Part shown: in pieces, positions 28,672 to 37,746 of the stretch
How positions within the stretch are numbered: the first letter of the stretch is position 1
Layout: the number at the start of each line of letters is the position of its first letter
Assembly (NCBI GenBank): GCA_030704665.1
Contig: JAUYID010000009.1
Coordinates: 586,460-650,459, forward strand
Reading direction: 5' to 3'
DNA length: 64,000 bases
Source: a bacterium
GTDB lineage: Bacteria; Patescibacteriota; Microgenomatia; Woykebacterales; RBG-16-39-9b
The notes under the pieces: generated by a model
Database searches by the model: none
What the model was told of the DNA's origin: nothing
Seen by the model: the letters and a program-made list of their open reading frames with translations, nothing else
Made by a program: the position numbers and the translations under genes

Positions 28672-28962
28672 ATGATAATTCATATAGCTTTGTTCAAATT
28701 CAAACCAGAAATTTCTAACGAAGACATTAATCATGCAATGGTTGAAGTTAGATCATTGAAGGACAAGATTCCTCAAGTTGTTGAGATCTTTGCTGGGGAA
28801 AACTTTTCTAAACACTCCAAAGGTTTCACTCATGCAATCGTGGTAAAATTTGCTAGCAGGGAAGATATTGATACCTATCGAGCTCACCCTGACCACAAAC
28901 CAATAGCAGACAAACTAGATTCTTTAGAGGATGATTCTATAGGAATCGATTTTGAAGTATGA
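28672..28962 (+). CDS. Dabb (stress-responsive dimeric alpha/beta-barrel) domain protein
   Basis: MIIHIALFKFKPE...VVKFASREDIDTYRAHPDHKPIADKL matches the Dabb pattern. Start trimmed to the ATG 1 nt after the preceding stop. Confidence 0.7.
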   Translation: MIIHIALFKFKPEISNEDINHAMVEVRSLKDKIPQVVEIFAGENFSKHSKGFTHAIVVKFASREDIDTYRAHPDHKPIADKLDSLEDDSIGIDFEV

Positions 28963-29567
28963 AAAGACTTTTCTTAGCCTCAGTTTTTGCTGAATCAGCA
29001 GATAAATTTGTTGATGCATTTCACGATTCCCTTGAGAAAACAACGGTAGCCTTTATTCCCACTGCTGCTGACCCATATGAGGACAAATGGTTTGTTGATG
29101 TTGATAGAAAAGCACTGGAAGAGAGAGGTTACTTAGTGCAGGAGGTAGATTTGAAGAAAAAAGGTGAAGGTAACTTGAGAGAAGAAATGGGTAATGCCGG
29201 TATAATTTTTGTCTGTGGTGGAAATACTTTCTACCTGCTTGAAAAGGCTAGAGAATCAGGTTTTGATGAGGTTGTAAAAGAGTTTGTTGAAAAAGGGGTT
29301 ATCTATATTGGATCGAGTGCAGGGTCTGTGCTAGTAGGACCAGACATTGAACCAGTAGCGTGGATGGATGATCCCAGCAAAGCCAAATTAGATTCAACAA
29401 AAGGTTTTGGACTAGTAGACTTTGTTGCCCTGCCTCATTTTGGCAACAAGAAGTACATATCAAAATATGAAGAAATAATGGAAAAATATTCAGGAAAATA
29501 CGATTTGATCAAGCTAACTGATCAAGAAGCAGTTGTTGTGGAGGGTGGGAACCATAGGATCGTATGA
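28959..29567 (+). CDS. peptidase S51 family protein (dipeptidase E / cyanophycinase-like)
   Basis: ...VAFIPTAADPYEDKWFVDVDRKALEERGY...IFVCGGNTFYLLEKA...IGSSAGSVLVGPDIE is the type-1 glutaminase-like S51 fold with nucleophile Ser in GSSAGS. Overlaps the Dabb gene by 4 nt (ATGA). Confidence 0.7.
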   Translation: MKRLFLASVFAESADKFVDAFHDSLEKTTVAFIPTAADPYEDKWFVDVDRKALEERGYLVQEVDLKKKGEGNLREEMGNAGIIFVCGGNTFYLLEKARESGFDEVVKEFVEKGVIYIGSSAGSVLVGPDIEPVAWMDDPSKAKLDSTKGFGLVDFVALPHFGNKKYISKYEEIMEKYSGKYDLIKLTDQEAVVVEGGNHRIV

Positions 29568-29572
29568 AGTCC

Positions 29573-29971
29573 CTAAAGTGGGTAAAGCAAATATATAGGT
29601 TTTTCTGGTAGTCTCTGTCTAAACCCAGCTTCTCGTTTATCAACTGGAAAGTTAAGCCAAGGATCCATCCATCTTTTCCCCATTCTACATAAATAATGTC
29701 CTTCAGGGTATTTCTTAGACCTTCTCAGAAAGACCATTTCCCCTTCCTTGTAAATTCTCTTTCTTAGTTTGGGTTTGATGTAATTGTATTCGTACCTCAA
29801 CCCTTGGTTTGCGAGTACTTCAACGATTTCACGACAATAGAAACCTGTGTTCTGAGACTTTTTCTCACCCTCTCTAAACAGACTTAAAGCACTTTGATAA
29901 CCAATTTCTAAGATTGAGGCAACACAAGCTACGCCACAACCAAAGTCGTCTTCCTGTTTTATTGGTTTCAT
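29573..29971 (-). CDS. standalone peptidase-C39-like (papain-like Cys peptidase) domain protein
   Basis: 132 aa. DFGCGVACVASIL matches the C39 catalytic-Cys motif, with His in PEGHYLCRM. No fused ABC transporter domains. Confidence 0.55.
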   Translation of the reverse strand: MKPIKQEDDFGCGVACVASILEIGYQSALSLFREGEKKSQNTGFYCREIVEVLANQGLRYEYNYIKPKLRKRIYKEGEMVFLRRSKKYPEGHYLCRMGKRWMDPWLNFPVDKREAGFRQRLPEKPIYLLYPL

Positions 29972-30010
29972 AAAGGGATTGTAAGATTTATATATTTATT
30001 AACAAGAAGT

Positions 30011-30034
30011 AAAAAGCTGCCATTCTAGCATTTT
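30011..30034 (+). repeat. direct repeat copy 2: AAAAAGCTGCCATTCTAGCATTTT, right boundary of the AT-rich cassette
   Basis: Identical 20-mer to 28080-28099. Base composition returns to background immediately after it. Confidence 0.8.
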
Positions 30035-30089
30035 AATTATCAGCCGCTCAACTAGACAACCAAGAAAGCTTTCGGCTAAACTTAGGTGA

Positions 30090-31043
30090 ATGAAGCTAGC
30101 ACCGAAACTGGTCCGCATTTTAGGTTTTTCAGAAGAAAGCGAAAGCAACAAATTCCTCTATCTGATCTGCATCATTTATCTTGTGGCTCTGAGCCTTTTC
30201 ATGCTTTGGCATCGCATGTGGTTTTCCCCGGATCAATTTCTGATTGCAGCGGTGGTAGCAGCGCTTATTTTGGGAAAATTTGGTCAGTTTGTCAAAGATT
30301 GGGTGCCTTTCGTTCTCCTCTTTCTTGGCTATGAGGCCCTGCGTGGCCTCGCCCCGATTCTCAACAAAAACGTTCACATCACTGAAATGATCCAAGCTGA
30401 CAAATTTATCTTTGGTTTTTTACCCACGATCAGACTCCAAGAGCTTCTTTTCTACCCGGGCCAGCCACAATGGTACGACTTTGTGGCGATCATTCTCTAC
30501 ATGTCCCACTTCATCATGCCCATGGTAACAGCCTTTGTTTTTTGGCTGCTTGATAAAAAAACCTTCCGGGAGTTTACTTGGGCACTGATCATTCTTTCTT
30601 TCGCTGGTTTTATCACCTATGTACTCTATCCAGCCATGCCACCTTGGCTGGCTGCCAACCAAGGCTACCTACCCCCCTTGGAAAAAATTATGGACGCCAC
30701 TATCGCCAACCTCGCCAACCCTATTGCTCTACCAACCGTTTACAAGCTTTTCCGAGGCGATGAGGTCGCCGCCATGCCTTCGTTACACGCTGCCTACCCA
30801 ATTTTAATCGCTCTTTTCTTTGTGCGTAAATTTCGCCTCTCCGCCCTTTTGACTGTCCCCTATGTAGCGACCGTTTGGTTTGCGGTAGTTTACCTCGGAG
30901 AGCACTACGTCATTGACGTTATCTTTGGAGCGCTCTACGCCCTGATCGTCTTTTTGCTTGTCACAAAGAAAGACTACTTACTGTCTAAGCTAAGGGTACT
31001 AAAAAACGAAACAAGAGCCGAGACTAGCAAAGCTCAGACTTGA
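30090..31043 (+). CDS. PAP2-superfamily membrane phosphatase-like protein (PAP2_C/AUR1-like)
   Basis: 317 aa, polytopic, with PSLHAAYP and GEHYVIDV resembling PAP2 motifs C2 and C3. Confidence 0.5.
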   Translation: MKLAPKLVRILGFSEESESNKFLYLICIIYLVALSLFMLWHRMWFSPDQFLIAAVVAALILGKFGQFVKDWVPFVLLFLGYEALRGLAPILNKNVHITEMIQADKFIFGFLPTIRLQELLFYPGQPQWYDFVAIILYMSHFIMPMVTAFVFWLLDKKTFREFTWALIILSFAGFITYVLYPAMPPWLAANQGYLPPLEKIMDATIANLANPIALPTVYKLFRGDEVAAMPSLHAAYPILIALFFVRKFRLSALLTVPYVATVWFAVVYLGEHYVIDVIFGALYALIVFLLVTKKDYLLSKLRVLKNETRAETSKAQT

Positions 31044-31070
31044 AATTTAACTATTAGCCAAAATTTTGTT

Positions 31071-31466
31071 ATGATTGAAACTGTGATAGAAGATCACGCT
31101 CCTGCCAAACACTTCAACAGCATCCGTTTCGCGGTCGCTGGTCTGATTCATGTCTTCACAACTCAGAGAAACTTTCGCTTGCAGTCCATTTTGGGATTGT
31201 TGACTATTCTTCTCGCCCTCTTGTTTGACTTTGACCGAGTCGAGTGGATCATTCTTCTTTTGACCATTGGGCTAGTTTTAACCGCCGAAATTGCCAACAC
31301 TGTTTTGGAAACATTAGTTGACCTTTCGGTCACTCGCCTTCACCCCAAAGCAAAAATTGCCAAGGACTTGGCCGCCGCCGCTGTACTGATCATTGCCGTT
31401 TTTGCTGCCTTCATTGGCGCTTTTCTTTTTTGGCCCCACTTTTGGACTTTGCTCTGCAGCCTTTAG
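31071..31466 (+). CDS. dgkA: diacylglycerol/undecaprenol kinase (DgkA family)
   Basis: 131 aa, three TM helices, conserved EIANTVLETLVD (E..N..E). Homology clearly begins within the first 10 aa. Confidence 0.75.
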   Translation: MIETVIEDHAPAKHFNSIRFAVAGLIHVFTTQRNFRLQSILGLLTILLALLFDFDRVEWIILLLTIGLVLTAEIANTVLETLVDLSVTRLHPKAKIAKDLAAAAVLIIAVFAAFIGAFLFWPHFWTLLCSL

Positions 31467-31825
31467 AACTCGGAAACGTTTTCCAGTATTTCTACTCGTT
31501 TGACTTTGTTCTCTGCCGCAAACTCCATGGCGACTACATCTATTCTTTCAGACTCTGGTAGTCCGGGGTGGAGAGCTCGAAAATACTCCGCGGTTTTGAT
31601 GATTGAGGAAAGCTTCCTTTTTCCCACCGCCTCTTCCGGCAAACCAAATTCTGCACTCCAACGCGCCTTGACTTCAACAAAAACAAGGCAATCTTCTTTG
31701 CTAGCAACAATATCGATTTCTCCAAAACGGGAGTGAAAATTGCGCGCGATCACTTTGTAACCCTTCTTCGTAAGAAATTTGCTTGCCAGATCCTCAGCGA
31801 ATTTGCCTGTGCTAGTTTTGGACAT
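31463..31825 (-). CDS. yraN: YraN-family (UPF0102) endonuclease
   Basis: KGYKVIARNFHSRFGEIDIVA...LVFVEVKAR is the PD-(D/E)xK YraN signature. Start trimmed to the Met of [12 protein letters not shown]; the 162-aa track ORF has a non-conserved extension. Overlaps rnhB by 14 nt. Confidence 0.75.
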   Translation of the reverse strand: MSKTSTGKFAEDLASKFLTKKGYKVIARNFHSRFGEIDIVASKEDCLVFVEVKARWSAEFGLPEEAVGKRKLSSIIKTAEYFRALHPGLPESERIDVVAMEFAAENKVKRVEILENVSEF

Positions 31826-32459
31826 TGGCAGATAGCTCTGGTTCTGATAAATAGGCCCTGAGGTCGAAACTAAGACGGTGAACCGAGGAAAGGGAGTGTT
31901 TTTGGAGAGCCTCTTGGTGGAATTTGGTCCCATAACCTTTGTTTTTCCCAAAACCGTAGTCTGGAAAACTTCTGTGGAGTTTTCTCAACAAGCGGTCACG
32001 GTAAACTTTGGCAATGATCGAAGCAGCAGCAATTGAAGCTGAAAGCCTGTCCCCATGAATAATCGGCAACTGTTTTTCTTTTCGAATCCGCTTGATATAA
32101 AAAGCATCGACCAGAAAAAAATCAGGGACAACCTTTAACGACTGGACTGAGAGACGGAAGGATTTTTGGGCGGCTTTGCCAATTCCAAAACGGTTGATGT
32201 AGTCAACTTCGACAACCCCAATGGCTGTTGCCGCTGCACTGGCATAAATTTCTTTGGCGAGCTCCTCTCGAAGTTTGGAATTAATAATTTTTGAATCAAA
32301 AAGTTCTCTGGGGAATTGACAAAATTTGGGGAAAACAACCGCTGCACTGACAACTGGTCCAGCCCAAGCACCACGTCCCACTTCATCCACACCAGCAACA
32401 AATTCAAAACCTTTTTCCCAAAGAGATTGTTCGTGCTGCCAATTCGCAGCTCCGGGCAT
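31812..32459 (-). CDS. rnhB: ribonuclease HII
   Basis: [20 protein letters not shown] (DEVGRG catalytic motif). 215 aa. Confidence 0.9.
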   Translation of the reverse strand: MPGAANWQHEQSLWEKGFEFVAGVDEVGRGAWAGPVVSAAVVFPKFCQFPRELFDSKIINSKLREELAKEIYASAAATAIGVVEVDYINRFGIGKAAQKSFRLSVQSLKVVPDFFLVDAFYIKRIRKEKQLPIIHGDRLSASIAAASIIAKVYRDRLLRKLHRSFPDYGFGKNKGYGTKFHQEALQKHSLSSVHRLSFDLRAYLSEPELSANVQN

Positions 32460-32463
32460 AAAA

Positions 32464-32760
32464 TTAGACTCCTAGTGCGGCTTTTCCAGTCAGCTTGCGC
32501 AGATAAAAAAGTTTAGCTCTTTTTACTTTTGGTGTTTTCTTGACGGTGATTTTGGCGATTGTTGGGCTCCCGACCGGCCAAATTCTTTCGACACCAACTC
32601 CATCGCTAGCAATTTTTCGGACCGTAAAGGTCTTGGAATTACCTTCACCGCGCATTGAGATGACAGTTCCTTCAAAACTTTGAATTCTTTCTTTGCCACC
32701 CTCTTTAACTTTGGCGTCGACTCGGATACGATTGCCGACTGCAAACTGTGTTTGTTCCAT
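32464..32760 (-). CDS. rplS: 50S ribosomal protein L19
   Basis: 98 aa. ...[27 protein letters not shown]...[23 protein letters not shown]...KLFYLR matches the L19 pattern. Confidence 0.9.
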   Translation of the reverse strand: MEQTQFAVGNRIRVDAKVKEGGKERIQSFEGTVISMRGEGNSKTFTVRKIASDGVGVERIWPVGSPTIAKITVKKTPKVKRAKLFYLRKLTGKAALGV

Positions 32761-32803
32761 ATTCGGTTGCCTATTCTAAGCTAGGGGTAGATTTTTGTCA
32801 AAT

Positions 32804-33055
32804 CTAAACTCCGCCAACCAAGAGCGAGAAAAGAACTACAAAAACCAAAAGACTTAAGGCGAGATATTCCCAAATTATTTTCGAATTTAAATTTCTTTCC
32901 TCAAGGTGATGAAAAATTCCAAAAGCAAAGTAGAGGGCTGAAATTGCAATAATCAGAACTGATTTTAAGGCTCTGGCCGGAACAATGTAGGCAGCCACCA
33001 AAAGCCCAAGGATTGAAATTGTCAAAAAACTGTATTGGACGACTCTTTTTGACAT
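32804..33055 (-). CDS. hypothetical small membrane protein
   Basis: 83 aa, three hydrophobic helices, immediately downstream of the CAP-domain gene. Confidence 0.4.
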   Translation of the reverse strand: MSKRVVQYSFLTISILGLLVAAYIVPARALKSVLIIAISALYFAFGIFHHLEERNLNSKIIWEYLALSLLVFVVLFSLLVGGV

Positions 33056-34012
33056 CTAAATTAATTTTCCTTTCGAAGTCACCAAAATACTGACGATCAA
33101 TATCCCAATAACAATAGCATGAACCAGAGAATGGCTACCAGAACGTCTCACTCCCTTGCGATAGATAATAAAGGAATCAACCAGAAAGACACTAAAAAGG
33201 CTGAACAAAAGGAGGAGCTCAGCTTTCGCCGCCCAGGGAAGACCATCTAGTTTTTGCAAAACCCCGACTCCAGCGCTGAAAGATCCAGAAACCTTGGTGA
33301 CAGCGGCGGCAGTGCTTTCTTTCACTTTGCCAGAATTTTTGTTGTTTAAAATCACTTTGTCAGAAACTGACTGAGGAGTAGCTTTCGGTATTACTTCTCC
33401 AGAGCCAGTTGAAGAACTGACAGCGGTTGAACGGGCGAAGAGTTGAACCACCAAGGTAGTTTGTTCTCCTTGCAAACTTCCATTAACCACCGCAACTCCA
33501 ATTTCAGTGTAATTTTTGTTGAGCAAATTTTCTTTGTGTGAAGGACTATTCATCCAGCCTTGGACAACACCTTCTGAGGTTTGAAAATCACGGGCGAGAT
33601 TTTCCCCGGCTGCACTGTATTTGTAGCCGACAATATCAAAAAAATGCCAAGGGGAAGTTCCGTCGGGAGCAAAATGAGCCCAGTAATCTTTTGCAAACAT
33701 ATCCGCCGCTTTTTTTTGGGCGGCTTGGTCTAGCAGGGCGCTTTCTTTCAAGCCTCTGACTCCGTTGCTTATTCTCTGCTCGTTGGTCAAACTAATAACT
33801 TCATTTTGGTAAATATTGGTGGCAAAGCCCAAAACGCGAATTTCACCCGCACTTAAATTGGACAGAAACTGAGTTCCAACCACGAGACCTGTAGCTAGAA
33901 ATAAAGAGAAGTGACGGATCAGCAAAGGGTGGTTCTCGTTGCGCTGGTGTGGGATAAGCAGTTGAGCTAAAGTTTCACCAAACCCAAATTTTTTTCTTCT
34001 CCAGGCAAGCAT
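33056..34012 (-). CDS. CAP (SCP/PR-1-like) domain protein with N-terminal membrane anchor and C-terminal TM region
   Basis: YWAHFAPDGTSPWHFFDIVGYKYSAAGENLARDFQTSEGVVQGWMNSPSHKENLLNKNYTEIGVAV is the bacterial SCP/CAP signature. Confidence 0.7.
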   Translation of the reverse strand: MLAWRRKKFGFGETLAQLLIPHQRNENHPLLIRHFSLFLATGLVVGTQFLSNLSAGEIRVLGFATNIYQNEVISLTNEQRISNGVRGLKESALLDQAAQKKAADMFAKDYWAHFAPDGTSPWHFFDIVGYKYSAAGENLARDFQTSEGVVQGWMNSPSHKENLLNKNYTEIGVAVVNGSLQGEQTTLVVQLFARSTAVSSSTGSGEVIPKATPQSVSDKVILNNKNSGKVKESTAAAVTKVSGSFSAGVGVLQKLDGLPWAAKAELLLLFSLFSVFLVDSFIIYRKGVRRSGSHSLVHAIVIGILIVSILVTSKGKLI

Positions 34013-34089
34013 ACGTTTATTATAAGTTTAATAAGGGCGAGAGGCAATCGTTTCTGCGCAGTAAAACAGGCTTGGGTCGGTCAACTTAG

Positions 34090-35883
34090 TTATTTTTCCC
34101 AACAATCGGAAATGTGAATATCGACTTTGATAGGAACTTCTTTGAGGAGTTTTTGCCCACCTTCAACCATTTTCTCTTCAACTATCTTTGCCACCTCATC
34201 AACAATGTCTTCCCTAGCCTCAACGACAATTTCATCATGCACCGTGTGAATCATGTAGGCATCAAGCTTTCTGTCCTTAATTTCTTTGTACATGTAGACC
34301 AAAGCGTATTTGGTAATATCGGCACTGGTTCCTTGAATTGGGGTATTTTTTCCCTGTCGCTCAATCGAACCAAGAAGTCTTTGATACTCCGGATCGGTTT
34401 TGTCGGGAAGAGTAAACCGTCGTTTTCTTCCCCCAAGGGTTCGGACGTAGCCAACTCGAATTGACTCTCGACCAACCCGATCCATCCAACGCTTGACTCC
34501 TTTGTAGGTACTAAAATAAACATCAAGAAGTTTTTTTGACTCATCCACCGAGAGACCAATTTGGCTACTCAAGGAAGCCGGTCCTCGTCCGTACATCAGA
34601 CCGAAATTGATTGATTTAGCTTGGAATCTCTTGTCCTTATCAACTTGGTCCTGAGGAATACGAAACATTTGGGAGGCGGTCAGAGTGTGAAGGTCGACGT
34701 CTTTACGAAAAGCCTCCAAAAAAACCGGGTCCTCGCTGACCTCGGCCATGATTCTCAATTCAATTTGTGAGTAATCGGCTGTAATCAATTTGTAACCTTC
34801 AGTGGCGATAAAACAGCTTCTGAAGCCACTATCAGCTGGTATTTGTTGGAGGTTTGGGTTGTTGCAAGCAAATCGACCAGTGTCAGCTCCCAGCTGAATG
34901 AAATCAGGGTGAAGACGGTTGGTGACGGGGTTAATTTTCTCTAGAATCGATTCTCCAAAGGCAGTGATCAATTTTTCGTGAGCTCGATACTCGCGAATCT
35001 TTTTTGCCAAAGGGTGGGCGGTTTTCTGCAAAGTTGCATCCGAAGTATTGGGAAGATCAACCCCGATTTTTTTGAAAATCGCCAAGAGCTGTATCGGGCT
35101 ATCCAGGTTGACTGTATCCTCAACATTACCAAAAAGATCAACTTGAGAATAAGGGCTGAGATGGCGCAACTCGTCCTGGATTTCTTTGTTGATCTTGTCT
35201 CTTTTTTCCTCAAGCTCGGCGATATGGGCGCGCCATTTTTTCTGATCAATGAGTGAGCCTCTCAATTCCATTTCCGCTACTACTGGAATGACACTAAACT
35301 CCAGTTTTGCAGTTTCAATCAGATCTTCCTGCTGGAGTGCTTTGGTTTGCTTACGAAAAATTTCGTGGAGAATTTGGGCATCTCGCGCCGCGTAAAGAAG
35401 CTGTTCTCCTGAAAAATTACCTCTTAGAGAGGGGTTGGCTGGATCAATAAAACTTTCTCTGATCGTTTTGTCGAGTTTGACACCAGCGTATTTTTCAGCC
35501 AGAGTCTTCAAAGAAATCTCCCGAGAAACACCGTTGGTCAAAATGCGCTCGGCCAGCATCGTATCAAACATCAGGCCTAGGCTAATTCCGGATTGGACTT
35601 TCAACATAGCGTAGTCAAACTTGGCGTTTTGTGCGAGTTTCAAGGGCCGATCTGCTTCGAGCACGGTTTTTAGCGGGGAAAGATCGACTTTGGAACAATC
35701 AATTACGTAAGCGTGCTCCGGTGTAGCGATTTGTACGAGTAACAACTTAGAACGAAAAGGGTCGAGCAAAGTTCCTTCCGTATCCAAACCAATGACTTGC
35801 TGCTTCTCGAGTTCCGGGATGATTTTCAGCAGCTCTTCTTGGGTTTTAATAAAATCAAATTTAGTTTCGGTCAGAGTTTCCAT
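34090..35883 (-). CDS. polA: DNA polymerase I, Klenow-like (3'-5' exonuclease and polymerase domains; no 5'-3' exonuclease domain)
   Basis: 597 aa. N-terminal DEDDy-like block (GLDTEGTLLDP...YAARDA) and family-A polymerase motifs (RRFAKSINFGLMYG, HDEIVVEA). Confidence 0.9.
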   Translation of the reverse strand: METLTETKFDFIKTQEELLKIIPELEKQQVIGLDTEGTLLDPFRSKLLLVQIATPEHAYVIDCSKVDLSPLKTVLEADRPLKLAQNAKFDYAMLKVQSGISLGLMFDTMLAERILTNGVSREISLKTLAEKYAGVKLDKTIRESFIDPANPSLRGNFSGEQLLYAARDAQILHEIFRKQTKALQQEDLIETAKLEFSVIPVVAEMELRGSLIDQKKWRAHIAELEEKRDKINKEIQDELRHLSPYSQVDLFGNVEDTVNLDSPIQLLAIFKKIGVDLPNTSDATLQKTAHPLAKKIREYRAHEKLITAFGESILEKINPVTNRLHPDFIQLGADTGRFACNNPNLQQIPADSGFRSCFIATEGYKLITADYSQIELRIMAEVSEDPVFLEAFRKDVDLHTLTASQMFRIPQDQVDKDKRFQAKSINFGLMYGRGPASLSSQIGLSVDESKKLLDVYFSTYKGVKRWMDRVGRESIRVGYVRTLGGRKRRFTLPDKTDPEYQRLLGSIERQGKNTPIQGTSADITKYALVYMYKEIKDRKLDAYMIHTVHDEIVVEAREDIVDEVAKIVEEKMVEGGQKLLKEVPIKVDIHISDCWEK

Positions 35884-37344
35884 TTAGGACAGCTTTTCTT
35901 TTAAGAGCTCCGCTGCTAAACCCGGGTCTGCTTTTCCTTTAGCTTGCCTCATCACTTGGCCTAGCAAAAAGCTAAAACTCGCAGTTTTTCCAGCTTTAAA
36001 ATCGTCAACTGCTTTTTGGTTTGTTTTCAATGTTGAGACAACGATATCTGCAAGCTCTTCTTTATTACCCAGGGTAGACAGATCTTCCTCTTCAACGATC
36101 TTTCTGGGCATCTCGCCGCTGACAAACATTTTTTCCAAAACCTCTTTGGCAGAGGCGGCAGTGATACTTCCATTATCAATCATGAAGAGTAGTTCGACAA
36201 GAGCGGCCGGCTCGAAACTGATTGAGGAAAGGTCTTTCCCTGAATTTTTCAAGTTCCTAGCTATTTCCCCATTCATCCAATTAGCAACAATCTTGGCTCG
36301 ACTGGATTCTATTTTCTCCTCTTTATTAGCCCGTGCATAGTCTTTAACCGCTTGCTCAAACCAATCTGCCTGCTCAAAACTCTCCGTCAGCAGACTCGCG
36401 TCGTAGTCAGACAAAGCGTAAGCCTCGACAAAGCGTGCTTTTTTTTCTGCCGGCATCTCAGGCAGTTGGCGACGAATTTTTTCTACATAATCTTTTGAAA
36501 AGGTAAGCGGTGGCAAATCTGGTTCGGGAAAATAGCGGTAGTCAGGGGAACCTTCTTTGCTGCGCTGGGATTTAGTTTCACCGCTTGTCTCGTCCCAACC
36601 CCGTGTTTCTTGACTTATTTTTTCTCCTTTTTCAAGCAGTTTCAGCTGCCTTGAAATCTCAAAGAAGAGGGCTTTCTCCAAATAACTAAAGGAGTTTATG
36701 TTCTTGATTTCGACTTTTGTCCCGTATTCTTTTTGCCCTTTTGGGCGCAAGGAAATATTGGCATCGAAGCGCATGCCTGCTTTTTCCATATCGGCATCAG
36801 CTACTCCCAAATAGCGCAGGGTCTGATGCAATGTTTTCGCATAAAGTTTTGCTTCCTCCGGTGAAGATAGATCTGGCTCAGTCACAATCTCAAGCAGCGG
36901 CACTCCACAACGGTTGAAATCGACCAAACTTGCTTTTTCCCCATCAACAGTCGCATGGGTCAGTTTACCGGTGTCTTCTTCCATATGAGCTCGGTTAATG
37001 CGAATTTTTTTGTTGTTAACAAGAAACCAACCATTGATGGAGATGGGCAACTCGAGTTGAGAAATTTGAAAACCTTTAGCAAGGTCTGGATAAAAATAGT
37101 TCTTGCGGTCAAACCTGCTTAAGAGATTGATCTGACAATTGAGGGCCAAACCAATTTTTACTGCGCTCTCAATTGCCTTTTCATTGATGACTGGCAACGC
37201 ACCCGGAAGACCCAAACAAACCGGACAAGTGTGGCTGTTGGGAGTATTTCCAAAGTACTGTGCCGAAGTTCGACAAAACATCTTCGACTCTGTTTTGAGC
37301 TGAACATGTGTTTCCAAACCAATGACAATATCGTATTCCTTCAT
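35884..37344 (-). CDS. gatB: Asp-tRNA(Asn)/Glu-tRNA(Gln) amidotransferase subunit B
   Basis: 486 aa. N-terminus YDIVIGLETHVQLKTESKMFC...CPVCLGLPGALPVINEKAIE is the GatB signature. Confidence 0.9.
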   Translation of the reverse strand: MKEYDIVIGLETHVQLKTESKMFCRTSAQYFGNTPNSHTCPVCLGLPGALPVINEKAIESAVKIGLALNCQINLLSRFDRKNYFYPDLAKGFQISQLELPISINGWFLVNNKKIRINRAHMEEDTGKLTHATVDGEKASLVDFNRCGVPLLEIVTEPDLSSPEEAKLYAKTLHQTLRYLGVADADMEKAGMRFDANISLRPKGQKEYGTKVEIKNINSFSYLEKALFFEISRQLKLLEKGEKISQETRGWDETSGETKSQRSKEGSPDYRYFPEPDLPPLTFSKDYVEKIRRQLPEMPAEKKARFVEAYALSDYDASLLTESFEQADWFEQAVKDYARANKEEKIESSRAKIVANWMNGEIARNLKNSGKDLSSISFEPAALVELLFMIDNGSITAASAKEVLEKMFVSGEMPRKIVEEEDLSTLGNKEELADIVVSTLKTNQKAVDDFKAGKTASFSFLLGQVMRQAKGKADPGLAAELLKEKLS

Positions 37345-37742
37345 AGAGACGCTCCAAGGACAAGCAACCCAGCTTTGATCTTTTCCGCGGTTGCAGCTGC
37401 CTCAACTACTGGCATTTCAAAATTCAGGTTGTGAACCATTTCGTTACGCACTTTGTGCGCAAACCAAACTTGGTCGTATATCTCACGTTTGTATTTAAAA
37501 ATCTCGCGCGCGAGCTTCAACCTTTCGCCGGTCGCAGTTAGTCCCGGATAGAGGCGGTCGAGAGCATAATCAAGAACTTTATCAGCTTCGAGGACAGCTT
37601 GTCTTCTCGAAGAAGGGTTGTTGGCCGCTAAAAGATCTTCAATGTTCTTCCACCGACCCTTGAGAACCTCTTGATCATAGGTTGACAAATAGCCTCTTTT
37701 TACAACTGCCGCTTTTGATTTCAGAAAATCAAAAAATCCCAT
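37341..37742 (-). CDS. hypothetical protein with an R-x4-H (HEPN-like) motif, embedded in the gatCAB operon
   Basis: 134 aa from MGFFDFLK; the track ORF extends to 37793 and overlaps gatA. All-helical prediction, with ...AHKVRNEMVHNLNF... near the C-terminus. Overlaps the gatB start by 4 nt. Confidence 0.45.
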   Translation of the reverse strand: MGFFDFLKSKAAVVKRGYLSTYDQEVLKGRWKNIEDLLAANNPSSRRQAVLEADKVLDYALDRLYPGLTATGERLKLAREIFKYKREIYDQVWFAHKVRNEMVHNLNFEMPVVEAAATAEKIKAGLLVLGASL

Positions 37743-37746
37743 TTTT

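Noticed and set aside
27122-30035. Calling the tRNA-Lys-adjacent region an integrated prophage or integrative element.
   Set aside because: No integrase, recombinase, transposase, or phage structural or replication genes are present. Only the direct repeats and the composition shift are observable, so the region is reported as a cassette with flanking repeats, not as a named mobile element.
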